Made by a program: the position numbers and the translations under genes. A DNA stretch of 64,000 nucleotides from Vicugna vicugna (Eukaryota): the NCBI GenBank assembly GCA_013265495.1, contig MU057416.1, positions 56,545 to 120,544 of the forward strand, written 5' to 3'. Shown here in pieces: positions 27,493 through 38,830 of the stretch. The notes beneath the pieces were generated by a model, which was given only the letters and a program-made list of their open reading frames with translations, ran no database searches and was not told where the DNA came from. Numbering within the stretch: position 1 is the stretch's first letter; every line of letters begins with the position of its first letter.

Positions 27493-29746
27493 AGTAAAGC
27501 TGCCTTCGCAGCCGGGAGTGCCTCGGGTGCTGGCAGGAAAAGCGAGCTGACGCCAGGTGAGTGCCAAGCCCCCAGATCAGAAAGAACATGCAGTTCAGAC
27601 TGAGCTAACCAAGTAACACTTTTTGTGAGCCTCTGGAAAGAAAAGCGTGAGTGATTTTCAGTTGCATTTTTCTGCTTTCCTGAAAATATCAGCCTTCTGC
27701 CTCGGCTACGCAGTCGCAGTGCTTTACTGAAAACCACCGTCGGCAGCGAACACGTTAAACCGCATCGTATTTATATACTTCTAGCTTCAGAGAGTGGACT
27801 CTGGAAATCATCCTTCTCTGCATCACCTGGAGGGTCGCACGAAGCCTCAGACGCAGGGTCTACTGAATAGTCATTTGTTGAGTGAATGAATTTACAAGAT
27901 TCCCTAGCAATATAATGAAGAGAGTTTTCACAATTAAATTAAGGTGGAGACAGTGCAAGATCGTGTTATATACGAGTAAAGTATATTCTTGAAATGGCAG
28001 AGTGTAGGTAAATACGTGGTTTGTCTCAGTATTAACATGGGCGCCCAACCAAGTCTTGCTCCTGTGCCTGTCAGGCAACCTGTTCCTTCTTAATCGTATT
28101 TTAGTTTTTCTGTAAACCATCAAAAACAGCCAACTTTCTGTTTTCAGAAGACAGTTTTTTATTGCTTCCTTTCTATAGAATGAAAATCTGTTTCTAAAAA
28201 TAGATAAAAAATTTTTTTTCAAAGGAAATTGAAAATCAGCGTTGGCTCAGGTCTAACTATGTTCAAGGAACTTAATTTTACATGAGCTTGTGTTGCCTAC
28301 AAATAAGTTAGCAGCAATGATTCGATGCCAAATTCAAGTGAATTAATACAGCCTGCTGTAATTATAAGAAACACTTAACGATACAAGACAGGAAACAATC
28401 ATGTTAGTTTTATCTTCCTCGCCTCCTACGCTTCTTCCTTTCGAATTTCTCTCTCTCTCTCATACTGAGGGATTTACACAGGGTACGTTAATCCAGAAGT
28501 TGCTCTCTTCCTATCAAAATTCATGGCAGCATATAAAGTCCTGCTTAAAATAGTCATGTGTGAAGAAGTAGCTCCAAGTGCTTGTTTGGAAGAATGTGCT
28601 GCCTTATCAGATTCCCACGTGTGCATAGATCTATGCAGTAGAATGTGGAGAAACAAAACCAAGAAGCTAAAAGTTATGGAAATACCATAGTTGAAAGACA
28701 TCAATAATCGCAGACTGAAAGACTGATAGCATTTTGTAATTAACACATCTGAGCAGAGAAGGCGAAATGTCCAGCTGAGATGAGAGAAGTTGTTTAGCAT
28801 AAAACACAGACGAACAGAACACATGTGGAATCGTGCACACATATGCACACAGGCACGTGCACAGTGGCAGTAAAAGAGGACTGGGTAGGATCAAGACCAG
28901 AACATTTTTCTTAAATACATCTGGCCAAAAACTGCTTCACCTCTTGGTGGGAGGTTTGTTATCAAAGACAAATACTACAATGTCAGTATATTGAAACAGT
29001 TAATTAAAACACAATGACTTTTTGATTGGCATATGAACATAAGCTTAACATTTAGTAAATAGTTCGTTGTGTGAATTAAGTTGTTCTATACAAAACTGTT
29101 ACAGAACTTTTGCATTTAAGAGACAACAAAAACTAAAGCCTTGGTATAGTGTTCAGAAAGGGCCCCCATCCCAGTGGGATACAACCGGTAAGACAAAACT
29201 CTAGCACTCGGGGTGGAAGCCAGTTAACCAGGGCCTGGTGGTGGCTCCACACAGAACACTTTGCGAGGCAATGACTCTGCACTGATGTCCGTCATTGGCA
29301 TTTCTTGACTCTTACCCCTTCTCTCCGCTCCCAACCCTTGCTCTGCCTTGGCTCTGATCCTCCTCATCTTTCATTTGTTACAATGCAAATTACTCTGAAG
29401 GGTGAAAATCTCTGAGCCCCCTGACATCGATTTTATCCTTTCCTGCCTCCCATTCCCTCGTAACATCCTGTAATTTACTTTCTATGGAGTATCTCTTCAT
29501 CATGCAAGGACCACTCGTAGTCATCTTCTCAAGATTTCTTCCACAGATAATTCAGTCTTTCTGTGAAAAGAAAAGAACCCCAGCTTTAGTGGTAGAACGA
29601 CATGAGTTCAGAGGATCACTTATTCCTCACCAACCGCGACACTGTGATAGGGTTCCTAGGTTTTCTTATCCATAAATGAGGATCATAATGCCTACCCTAC
29701 AATCTGGTGTTGAAATTAAATTAGGAAGTAGGTGAGGTAGTGGTCC

Positions 29747-30294
29747 TGTTGCAGGAAAATGGGGCCCGAGAGGATGGGCATGTCTCAGGTCCCCAGCCAG
29801 TCCCTGGGATGCTCCCCACCAAGTCAGGGTCCTTGGCTTCTTGCAGGAAAGAATTCAAGAGCAAGCCACAGCAGAGGGAAGGCAGATTTATACAGGGACG
29901 CACACACTCCACAGACGGAGCGCAGGCTGTCTCCGAAGGCGAGCGGCGCCCTGGAGTATGGGGAGCGTTAGTCTTTATGAGCTGGGTAATTTCACAGGCC
30001 AACAGTTGGGAGGGTTATGCCAGCTACTTTGGGGAAGGGGTGGGGATTTCCAGGAACTGGACCGCTGCCTACTTTTGGCCTTTTATGGCCAGCCTCAGAA
30101 CCGTCGTGGTGCCTGTGTGAGTGCCTTTTAGCAGCTAATTTATTACAATGAGAGTATAATGAAGCTCAAGGTCTCCTGGAAGTTGCATCTTCTGCCATCT
30201 TGGGCCAGGTTGGTTCTAACCAGTTTTTGTCGTGTCCTCACCTGCTGTGTCATTCTTTCAGTGGTTGTGCCCTGCCCCCTTCCCTCCTGTCTCA
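29747..30294 (-). mobile_element. ERV1-type solo LTR (~548 bp) inserted into a MIR relic
   Basis: TG...CA termini (tgttgcagg ... cctgtctca) and a caggaaagaattcaagagcaagcca motif; MIR-like sequence immediately upstream. Confidence 0.75.
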
Positions 30295-30676
30295 GTGTCA
30301 GACTAGCATCCGATTGAAAGTTTTAGGAAAATGCTATTTCCTTTCTTGCAAATATCACCTCACCCCCAAGATACTTTGTTGACTCTCTGGGTCATAGTTG
30401 TATGAATCACACTCATTGTTTATTGTTGAAACCCAATAACTCATAAGAGAGGAAAAAAACAAAAAGGAGTGTGGTTTGTCAACTGTGTGGGTGGTCATTC
30501 TCTGCTACAAAAATAAAAGATCACTTTATGCTGCAGATCAACTCTGATAACGAGAGTTTAGGGAATATTGCAATTAGGGAAGGACTAGAGAATCCTCGTG
30601 CATGGTGAGTTTACCTTGTTTGTAAGAAGAATTGCAGCCAAGCAGACAAATGCAAGAGGACATAGGTGGATATATA

Positions 30677-31350
30677 TGTAGTTGGTTTTCATCCCTATTT
30701 CTGGCACTGAGCTCCTAAAACCCTTAGAATGTCCTAAGGGATAGAGTGATAAAAGTGTTTTTTTATTATTTTAATGAGGTGACCTTTGGAATGGCTCTAG
30801 GTCACCTAAGGTTGGGGGCTGATCACCAGGGAAACCAGCCTTGTGATTAGAGGGCTGGAAACTTTAGTCCTCACTCCTCACCCCCACCTGTGGGGAGGGG
30901 GAGAGGCTGGAGACTGAATCAATCTCCAAATGTCAATGATTTAATCAACTGTGCCTGAGAATGAAGCCTCCATAAAAACCTGGAAGGACAAGTTCTGAGA
31001 GCTTCCGGATCTGTGAGCATGTGGAGGTGCCGGGACGGTGACCACTAGGAGAGTGAGGAAGCTCGGTGCCCTTTTCTGTCTCTTCCATCTCGCTGGGCAT
31101 CTCTTCCGTCTCACTGGGCATCTCTTCCATCTGGTGGTTCCCAGTTGTATCCTTTCATGATAAACTGGGAGTCTAGGAAATAAAACACTTTGAGTTCTAT
31201 CAGCCGCTCTAGCAAATCAATCAAACCCAAGGAGGGGGTCGTGGGAACCTCCAGTCTGTAGCTGGTAGCTCAGAAGCACAGGTGACAACCTGGACTTGGG
31301 ACTAAAGTCTGAAGGGGAGCGTGAGGGAGGAGGGGCTGGGAGAGGATGAG
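30677..31350 (+). mobile_element. MER21-like LTR
   Basis: gagctcctaaaacccttagaat, gtgattagagggctggaa, gaagcctccataaaaacc, aaacccaaggagggggtcgtgggaacc motifs; an internal 21-bp tandem repeat at ~31082-31131. Confidence 0.8.
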
Positions 31351-32851
31351 AAGGACCTTTATTTGATGGCAGAGGCTGACGTCTTCCTAGATGAGCCACT
31401 CAGCTCTAATTGATTTTGATTAAACATAAACATAAAATATTCTCAGTAGGAATTTGAAGACATAATGTGATGCCTCTTACATCTGTGTAGCATTAAGTAG
31501 AACATGACGACTAATGTTATTAGAAAATTATTCTCTTTAAATATTAAAATTCATGTTGCTACCTTCTGAAATATTAAAAGGATTTCTTTCCAGTGAATGA
31601 GTTGACCTGCAGAGAAAAATCCTCCCAGAATTAAAACCCAAACTTGCAGTGTAATTTGAGAGTCACCTAGAGCTCTCCCTGTCCCTTCTGGATCTTTCCC
31701 ATATTAGCCCAGGAGCAGATCACTTCTACTATTAGTCTGAATTAATGCAGGGCTTTAATTATACATAAGAGTTTGGATCAATTATTTGTTAATTCATTCA
31801 AAAAATATTTATTGAGAACCTAAGTGCCTGGCACCGTTCTGTGCTCTGGGAACAGCAGTAATAGTAGGGCGGATGGCAGGCAGTGCACGTGAACAGAGAA
31901 AAGGTCAAGACGGTTTTAAATAAAGAAAGTCATGGGAAAATAAAACAGGGTGATGGCGTTTGGGGCTACTTCAGATAGATGGTCAAGAAAGGTCTCCTTG
32001 ACACAGGGATTTAAGAAAGGAATAGTCTGTGTGGTTGAATAATGAGAAAAATAGGAGAAAAATCCACATGTACGTGACAGAAGAATGGGCCACACATGGT
32101 AGTGTGTTTACCATGAGAAATGGTCAGCTAGAACTTCAAAACTGTCTTAGTACATCCTTAACAAGAAAGAACGGGGTTCCCCAAAATATGACAAGCTGAC
32201 ATGTTGGTGTGGAATTCCACGTGTGATCACATCCTGTAAGCGCTATGTTGATTATTAATAATATTCCAAAGTCCTATTTACTAGCATTTTGCAGTGACGA
32301 TATTTGGATCATGTGTTCGCAGCCTGTGCTACCATTCCTTAGGGAAGTTTCCTGTAGTTTCAATTGTCTTTTACTATCACATGAAGGGCAACAGAAGATA
32401 GAAAGTCAGAGCAGCCGCGATGCATCTGAACGACGTGAGCGGGGTGCTGTGTACGAGGCGGCCCCTTCACTTTGTATTTGTGGGTTTAGTGAACTGAGAT
32501 ATATAGAGATCCAAGGTCTGCTAGACAGCGCTCTGAGCAAGCAGATCAGAAGCTCACGCTTTAGGAACTGCAAGGTGAAGTTCACATACAGAGTGAAAGC
32601 AAATTAAAACAGATTAATCTGATAAGGTTAATCAGCTTGAACCAGGAACCTGAGCATTATTATTTAACAACTGAATTGAATTCATAACACTTTTTTCTCC
32701 AGAGATTGTATCAAGTTTAATTCTAAGACACACTATATAATTTCCTAATAAAATTAAATAAGAACACTGGGAAGTTTCATAGCTGTTTATGGGCAGTCCA
32801 GCTTCTGAAACATGGCCCTCAAAAAATATGGATGTTTGTCTTTTTATATAG

Positions 32852-32990
32852 CTTGTTTTTTGATTGCAATATTGTTGATTCACAGTGCTTCAGGTGTACA
32901 GCAAAGTGATTCACTTATCTGCTATATACATATATATATTGTTTTTCAGATTCTTTTCCATTGTATGTTATTACACGACATTGAATATAA
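32852..32990 (-). mobile_element. L1 3' end fragment
   Basis: caggtgtacagcaaagtgattca...tttttcagattcttttccatt...attgaatata. Confidence 0.75.
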
Positions 32991-33908
32991 GGGATTTTGA
33001 GAAAGACGGAAGAAAAGACAACCACATCATAAGCTCTGGGTGGGCAGGGACCCTGCCTTTTGTTTTATTTGAAATCCATCTGCTTCATGATACGCATACG
33101 CCAAAGGTAGTTGCTAATATGTCAGGAAATTAGTCTCTTAGAAGATGTTTATTGGCCCTATTTACAGGCAGGGCACTGGCCTGCTTACTGGGGATAGAAG
33201 TTGGCCTTCAAAGATCTCACAATCTGATTGGAGGATGGAACACACACACATATCCTGCAATTCAATAGTGTGCAATTTAATAGGGGGCCAGTGGTAGCTC
33301 CAGGAAATGTATGGATATAACGCTTGATTTATTCAGACATGGGTGCATATTGACATGGATTTGTATGGTCAAAGCGCCATTCTGATGGGGCATTCTGGCT
33401 TTCCAAGTCTGCGGACTAAAGTCTTGACTAATTCTAGTTGGAGATATCCATCTATTTCAGAATCAATCTTTCAGTGGAGGACTCATGTGTAGACAAACAA
33501 CAAGATTAGTTCAGAGCCCCATGTTGTGAAATCACATGTATACAGTTTGTCGAATAACTAACTTAGATGACAATTACATTTCGGCTGTGTGATCTTGATG
33601 GTGACAAACAGTATCTCCTCCCTAAAAAACGGGGGCGGTGCACAGCCAGCTGTGGCCAACGGGCATGTTCTCTGCCCTGATAGTAGCAGAAACACTTCCT
33701 CTTAGATTTCTGATTCAGATTATTATTCCAGGCTATCCCACCTCCTATGCCTGGTGGCTCGCACTACAGTGTAGCAGTTTAGACCACCGGCACTGGAGTT
33801 GGACAACCCGGGTTTGAATGTCACTCCATCGTCATTTCAGAGCTGTGAGCCCATGGGCAAGTTGCTGTCTCCAGGCTTTAGTTTTGCAGAGTGAAGATGA
33901 TTATACCA

Positions 33909-34302
33909 CTGCGGTTGGATGAAGGGTGGTCCCCAGGAAGATAACTCCACATCCTCACCTCTAGAACCTGTGAATGTAAACTTATTTGGAAAATGGATCC
34001 TGGTGGCTGTCATTAAGGATCTTGGGATAAGCTCATCCTGGATTGGACTCTACATCCAGAAACAGAAGAAACAGAAGAGGAGCCGCAGGGAGCAAGGTGG
34101 CCACAAGCCAAGGCGGCCGGGCACATTGGCAGCCGCCGGGGGCTGGGCGAGGCTGGGAGGATTCTCCCCTGGTGCCTCCAGCCCCGCGGAAACCTGGATT
34201 TTGACGTCAAGGCTCCAGAACTGTTGAGAGAACACATTTCTGTTGATTTAAGCCCCTCAATTTGTGGCAATTTTTTTTATGCAGCCTCGGGGAAGTAGTA
34301 CA
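33909..34302 (+). mobile_element. MLT1C/D-like LTR, interrupting a MIR
   Basis: ctagaacctgtgaatgtaaacttatttggaaa...ctccagaactgttgagagaacacatttctgttgatttaagcc...tttgtggcaatt...taca. Confidence 0.85.
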
Positions 34303-35899
34303 AGTGGCTGCATCTGAAATTTGTTGTGAGAATCTCCACCCACAGGTAGCACGTCCAGCAGAGTAAGTGCTCAGTAAAGCTCAGCTGTCGTTGCTGTTGG
34401 GACGGTCGCCTTCAGCAGTGAGCTCTGTTGTTTTTCATGCCTGACACGCATTCCTCTAACTTCTTAACACGACCTTGGTTTTCCTCGGGGGAACTTCTGA
34501 TGTTTAACCTTGAGTAGATGATGCATGGGGACAAAATGATTGGTACCAGTTCATCGAGGTGTCCTGAAGTGACTGTTGATTTTCTCCTGACATCAGACCT
34601 TGAGATGCTCCGATCTTGGCCTGTAGTTCCGTTTAGAATAGAGGTAACCTCTGGAGAGCACTTAAACCATTACCCGGACATGCTAAGCGCTAAGCAAAAT
34701 AAGTGCTATTAATGTTACTTCCGATGGTGGTCCAATTTTGAGTCTTATTGTTAAATTTCTTGTTGGATATTTCCACTTGATTGTTCTGAGATGATTTCAC
34801 TCTCAGTATCTGTAAAATAAAACTGTATCTTTCTCAAAAGCTCTATTTTTAGATTCCCCTTTCTCTGATAAGTACATTATTTTCTTATTCAACCTTCATT
34901 TTAGTCATCTTTAACTTATTTCTTTTGTTTGTTTGCATATTTATTTAAGTACACGACTTCCTTCATTATTAAGCCCTCCTTAGATATTTCCCCAGCTTTC
35001 TCAGCGTTAACGCCTCCTGGTGCCCATATGGTAATCTGCAAATCTGTTCTTTAAATTGAAGTATAGTTGATTTACAATATTATATTGGTTTCAGGTGGTC
35101 TTTAATTGATTTCTATCTACCATGGCTAATAACCATATAAAAAATGACTAATGCTATGTAATATTATTCAAAATTCCTCAATATGCTTTTCTTGTTTCCC
35201 CCAATACTCAGCCTAGTTCTGATATGCCATTTTTCATACTGAGATTATTAAGATAAATATTAGCTGAATGTAAGATTTTTTCCTCCACCTGTATTAAGAA
35301 TCAATTTCTAAAGATGTTTTTCTTGAATACTGCTTTTATTCACAATATTTCCCCACTAAAAACTAAAATTCCACTTATCCAACAACAGGAAATGATGAAA
35401 CTCCACAGAAGCACATGTAAAATAATTGTCAAAATTGTGGTACAAACTAGAAATAGTGTAGACTTTATGCAATTCTAATATCTTTAAATTCCTGCTCCAG
35501 TGTTTTATTTGAGCTTTAATAGTTGCTGCCAAATCCAAAGTTACCACTATTAAATGCTAAGTATTAGAAAACATTTCAAATTCAGTTTTTGTTTTGTAAT
35601 ATGCAGTCTTTTTGAAGGATTAGCTTATCAAAAGTTACTATGTTATCACCTATGGTGGTCACTGAACGGTGTTGCTTTTGGGGCCACATTGACATCTTCG
35701 CCATTCACCACAATGTGATGAATGGGATGAGACAGAAAACCCAGGAAATCCTACCCCAGAATGAGCTTCTTAGAAGAGAAATTCTCTCTCAGAAACAACG
35801 AAGATCACTTCTAACCGGGAAAAACTCAGCTCGCACTTTAACGTCTATGCTGCTGCCTTCCCTCCTTTTTCTTTCTTTCTTCTTCCCTTCTTCCATGAG

Positions 35900-37570
35900 G
35901 ACGATACCGGAGACTCCACGTTGCGGAGTCCCCGTCTCCGTTCACATCTCCCTTATCTCCTGGGGCAGCCAGGTCCCGGGGATGCTGGGCGTGCCGTGGG
36001 CGGTGGGCGTCCCTGCCGGGCGGAGGGTCTCTAAGGCCTGACCAAGCCATTCTCAGCAGCTCCAGTTCTGGACCGCAGCGGCGGTGTGACTAGCCCGTTC
36101 CTCGTTCAGACTCCAGAAGCCCCACGATTGATTAAATCCATGAACTCAGGGCTATTATCAGCTGCCACGTAGGAACATGGAGGGACATTTGGCAGCAAAA
36201 GAGCAAGTCTGAGAATACAGAGAATTGTCCACCGCCTGCGCTCCTTGGTGTGTTGGGGACCTGGGAGGGTGTCTTCAGGAGGAAAGGGGGGTCTTGAGAA
36301 AGCGGCGCGGGCGGCAACAGCCCAGGGGTGGGATCGGTGCAGACACCGAGCGGCTAATTAATTGCAAGTAACTCTGCAGGTAAGAAAGGAAGGGCTCTGC
36401 CTTGGACAGGGTGAGAGAGCGAGGTCACTGTCACCGTGTTGCTGTGCTATCAAGAGTGGTTTGGGTGTAGAGAGCCGGGCGTCACAAGTCCCTTGTCAAA
36501 GTGACACGGTGTGTAACCTTCACGGCGCAGAAGTACGCGCTTCCCCAGAGCTCACTGTCCTGAAGCGGACTCGGAAGCAGCCGTGCCCTCTTCGGGCTCC
36601 GGGATGAAAGGGTCCGAGCGCAAACGCTGGAGCGAGCCCCGTCCACCCACCCGCACGCCGGAGCTCCCGGGCGGTGGTGCAGACAGCGCGCGGGGAGGAG
36701 GAAAGCAAAGAGCATGCATTCCGCTTGTGGCGGGGGAGCAGAGAGACACAGACACAACAGCGGAGGGTAAATAGGCGGTTCCCCGGGAGCGGCATCGGGG
36801 GAAGGCGGCTCGTGGAGGCGGGCGCAGCGGCCTTCAGGGCAGCGCGCTCTGGCTGGGATCCAGCGCGCACGCGCAGAGGAGGCCGCGCAGCGGGCGTGGG
36901 ACTGAGCGGAGAAAGCGAAGCGAACGGGGTAACAGATCTGCGGACGCGACCCAGGCCCGGGCGGAGAGGGAGGCACGGAGGGAGGGAGGGAAGGAAGGAC
37001 GAAGACAAGGGCAAGGTTAGGGTCACATGTGGCAAACGCAGCCGCCCTCGTGACCCGTTGAACGCTGACGTTAGATGACGTCACCCCTACTCAGATCCCG
37101 CCAAGGTCACCGCGTCATTGGGAACAGCCAGATTTCCCGCCAGGGACGGGGCCCTGCGTGACCCGGCCCCTTCCGGGGCGCTGCTTCCGCTAACCTCCCC
37201 CTGCTCGCGGGGCCTCGACTCTTCTGCCGGCTGCTCCCCAGGTGCCCGGTCTCCGGGCTGGCCCCTTGCCTAACGCCCTTGGCGCGCCCTGAGCTGCGCG
37301 TGCGCAGCTCTCGTTGTGACTCTTGCTCACAGCTGCTCGGTGGCTCCTGCTCCCTTGCAGGTAAAGAACAGACTTCTTAGTACGGCCTCAAAGGGCCTTC
37401 GCACGCGGCCCTGCCAGCCTCGCCGACAGCAAGGCGAGCCTTCTTCTCCCCAAGTGCAGCCCTTCCGCTGTCTCCATCTCCGCGCTTCGTGCACGCGCCC
37501 CTCTCCGGGTGTAGCACCCCCCGCCCTCCCATGTTCGTCAGGCTGCCTCGTAATCAGCGCCACGTTTGGG
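35900..37570. promoter_or_regulatory. CpG island / promoter-like region with no recognisable gene
   Basis: Visibly dense in CpG and GC. Motifs: TGACGTCA (37076-37083), TGACGTTA (37066-37073), TTTCCCGC (37133-37140), CTTCCGG (~37170), TGCGCGTGCGCA (37295-37306). Confidence 0.7.
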
Positions 37571-37634
37571 GTTTCTCTGTCCTTCTGGCAGGCCGGTAAG
37601 AGATTCTAAGTAATGTCTTTAAAAATGTAATTTA

Positions 37635-37785
37635 ATTTAATTTTTAAAAATTGAAGTGTAGTTGATCTACCATGCTGTTAGTTTCAGGTATACCGTGATT
37701 CAGTCACCCGCATATAGACATATTCTTTTTCAGACTTTTTTCCCATTGTGGTTGTCACAAGATATTGACTATCGTTCCCGTGCTA
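37635..37785 (-). mobile_element. L1 3' end fragment
   Basis: attgaagtgtagttgatctac...ttagtttcagg...caagatattgactatcgttcccgtgct. Confidence 0.75.
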
Positions 37786-38619
37786 AGTAGTGTTTTAAGT
37801 TCTAATTCTGTGAAATTCCTGTTGCCGTGCTCATGAGAGGCTCTTCTCGTGTTACGATGATAACTGTTGTTTCCTGTGAACATTAAATTTGGTCATTAGC
37901 CCTTAACCAACCCAGTGTGCCAAGCACTGATACCTCTTCTGCGCGGTGGTGGATGGTTTTGGACGGGCGTTCATGAATGGTGGGCCATCCGAGTTTCAAT
38001 CAGCAAAATCACGGCTCTTTCAAACTTTGCTGACTCCGATGCAGTCACCGTGGGAAACTTCTTGCTTCTTGTGTAGACTGCTTTGTACAGAACATTCGGT
38101 GCTGGTGGTTTTATTTGAGATGTTTGGGCATATTTACATTTTTGCTTAGGAAAGCATCTTTCCGAACTGTGACTACAAACTGTGAGTTCACTAGGAAACG
38201 GGTCTTTAGAATATTGGCAAGGTTCTCATGTTCACTGTAAGCTCTGTTTAAATATCTTTGGGGTTGGTCTGTGGAACACATATGTTCTTATTAATTGATT
38301 ACACATTAATAAAAATGGTGACAAATTAACACTCGCGGGTGCTTTTGCAAGGGGAGAGCTAGCATGCTACAACAGTTTCCGTCAAACTTCGGCACTGTTG
38401 GAGTCTACTTAACCGAAGAGAAATAGTTTACTTTAAAAATAAGATCATTTCATAAGGGTCTATTTAAACTCTGCAGAAGTAAATTACAGTAATTTTTCTG
38501 CCATTCCTACCTCACCACCCCCTCCCCTCTCATTCTATCTTTTAATCAGATTATTTGACTCAGTTCTCTTTCAACTGTACTCGTAATAATTGCCATTATT
38601 ATTATAAACTCTTACATAT

Positions 38620-38830
38620 AACCATTATGTGTGATATGGGTAACATTCTGAGTATTTTCTGGGTTTCTAGTTATTTAAAACTTACAATAACTCTCTGTGA
38701 TAACACCGTTGCTATTCTGTTTTACGGATGAGGAAGCTAAAACACAGAGAGGTTAGTAACACGCTCAAAGTCACCGAGTTAGTCACTGATGGTTTTGGGG
38801 TATGAATCCAGATGATTTATTTGCAGGGAT
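38620..38830 (-). mobile_element. MIR
   Basis: MIR core ttttacggatgaggaagctaaaacacagagagg...aaagtcac. Similar cores at ~13.15-13.3k, 17.16-17.37k, 42.47-42.66k, 53.56-53.74k, 61.23-61.39k. Confidence 0.75.

Noticed and set aside
36482..37084. 200-aa and 171-aa ORFs in the CpG island
   Set aside because: Pro/Ala/Arg-rich; expected from stop-codon scarcity at high GC.
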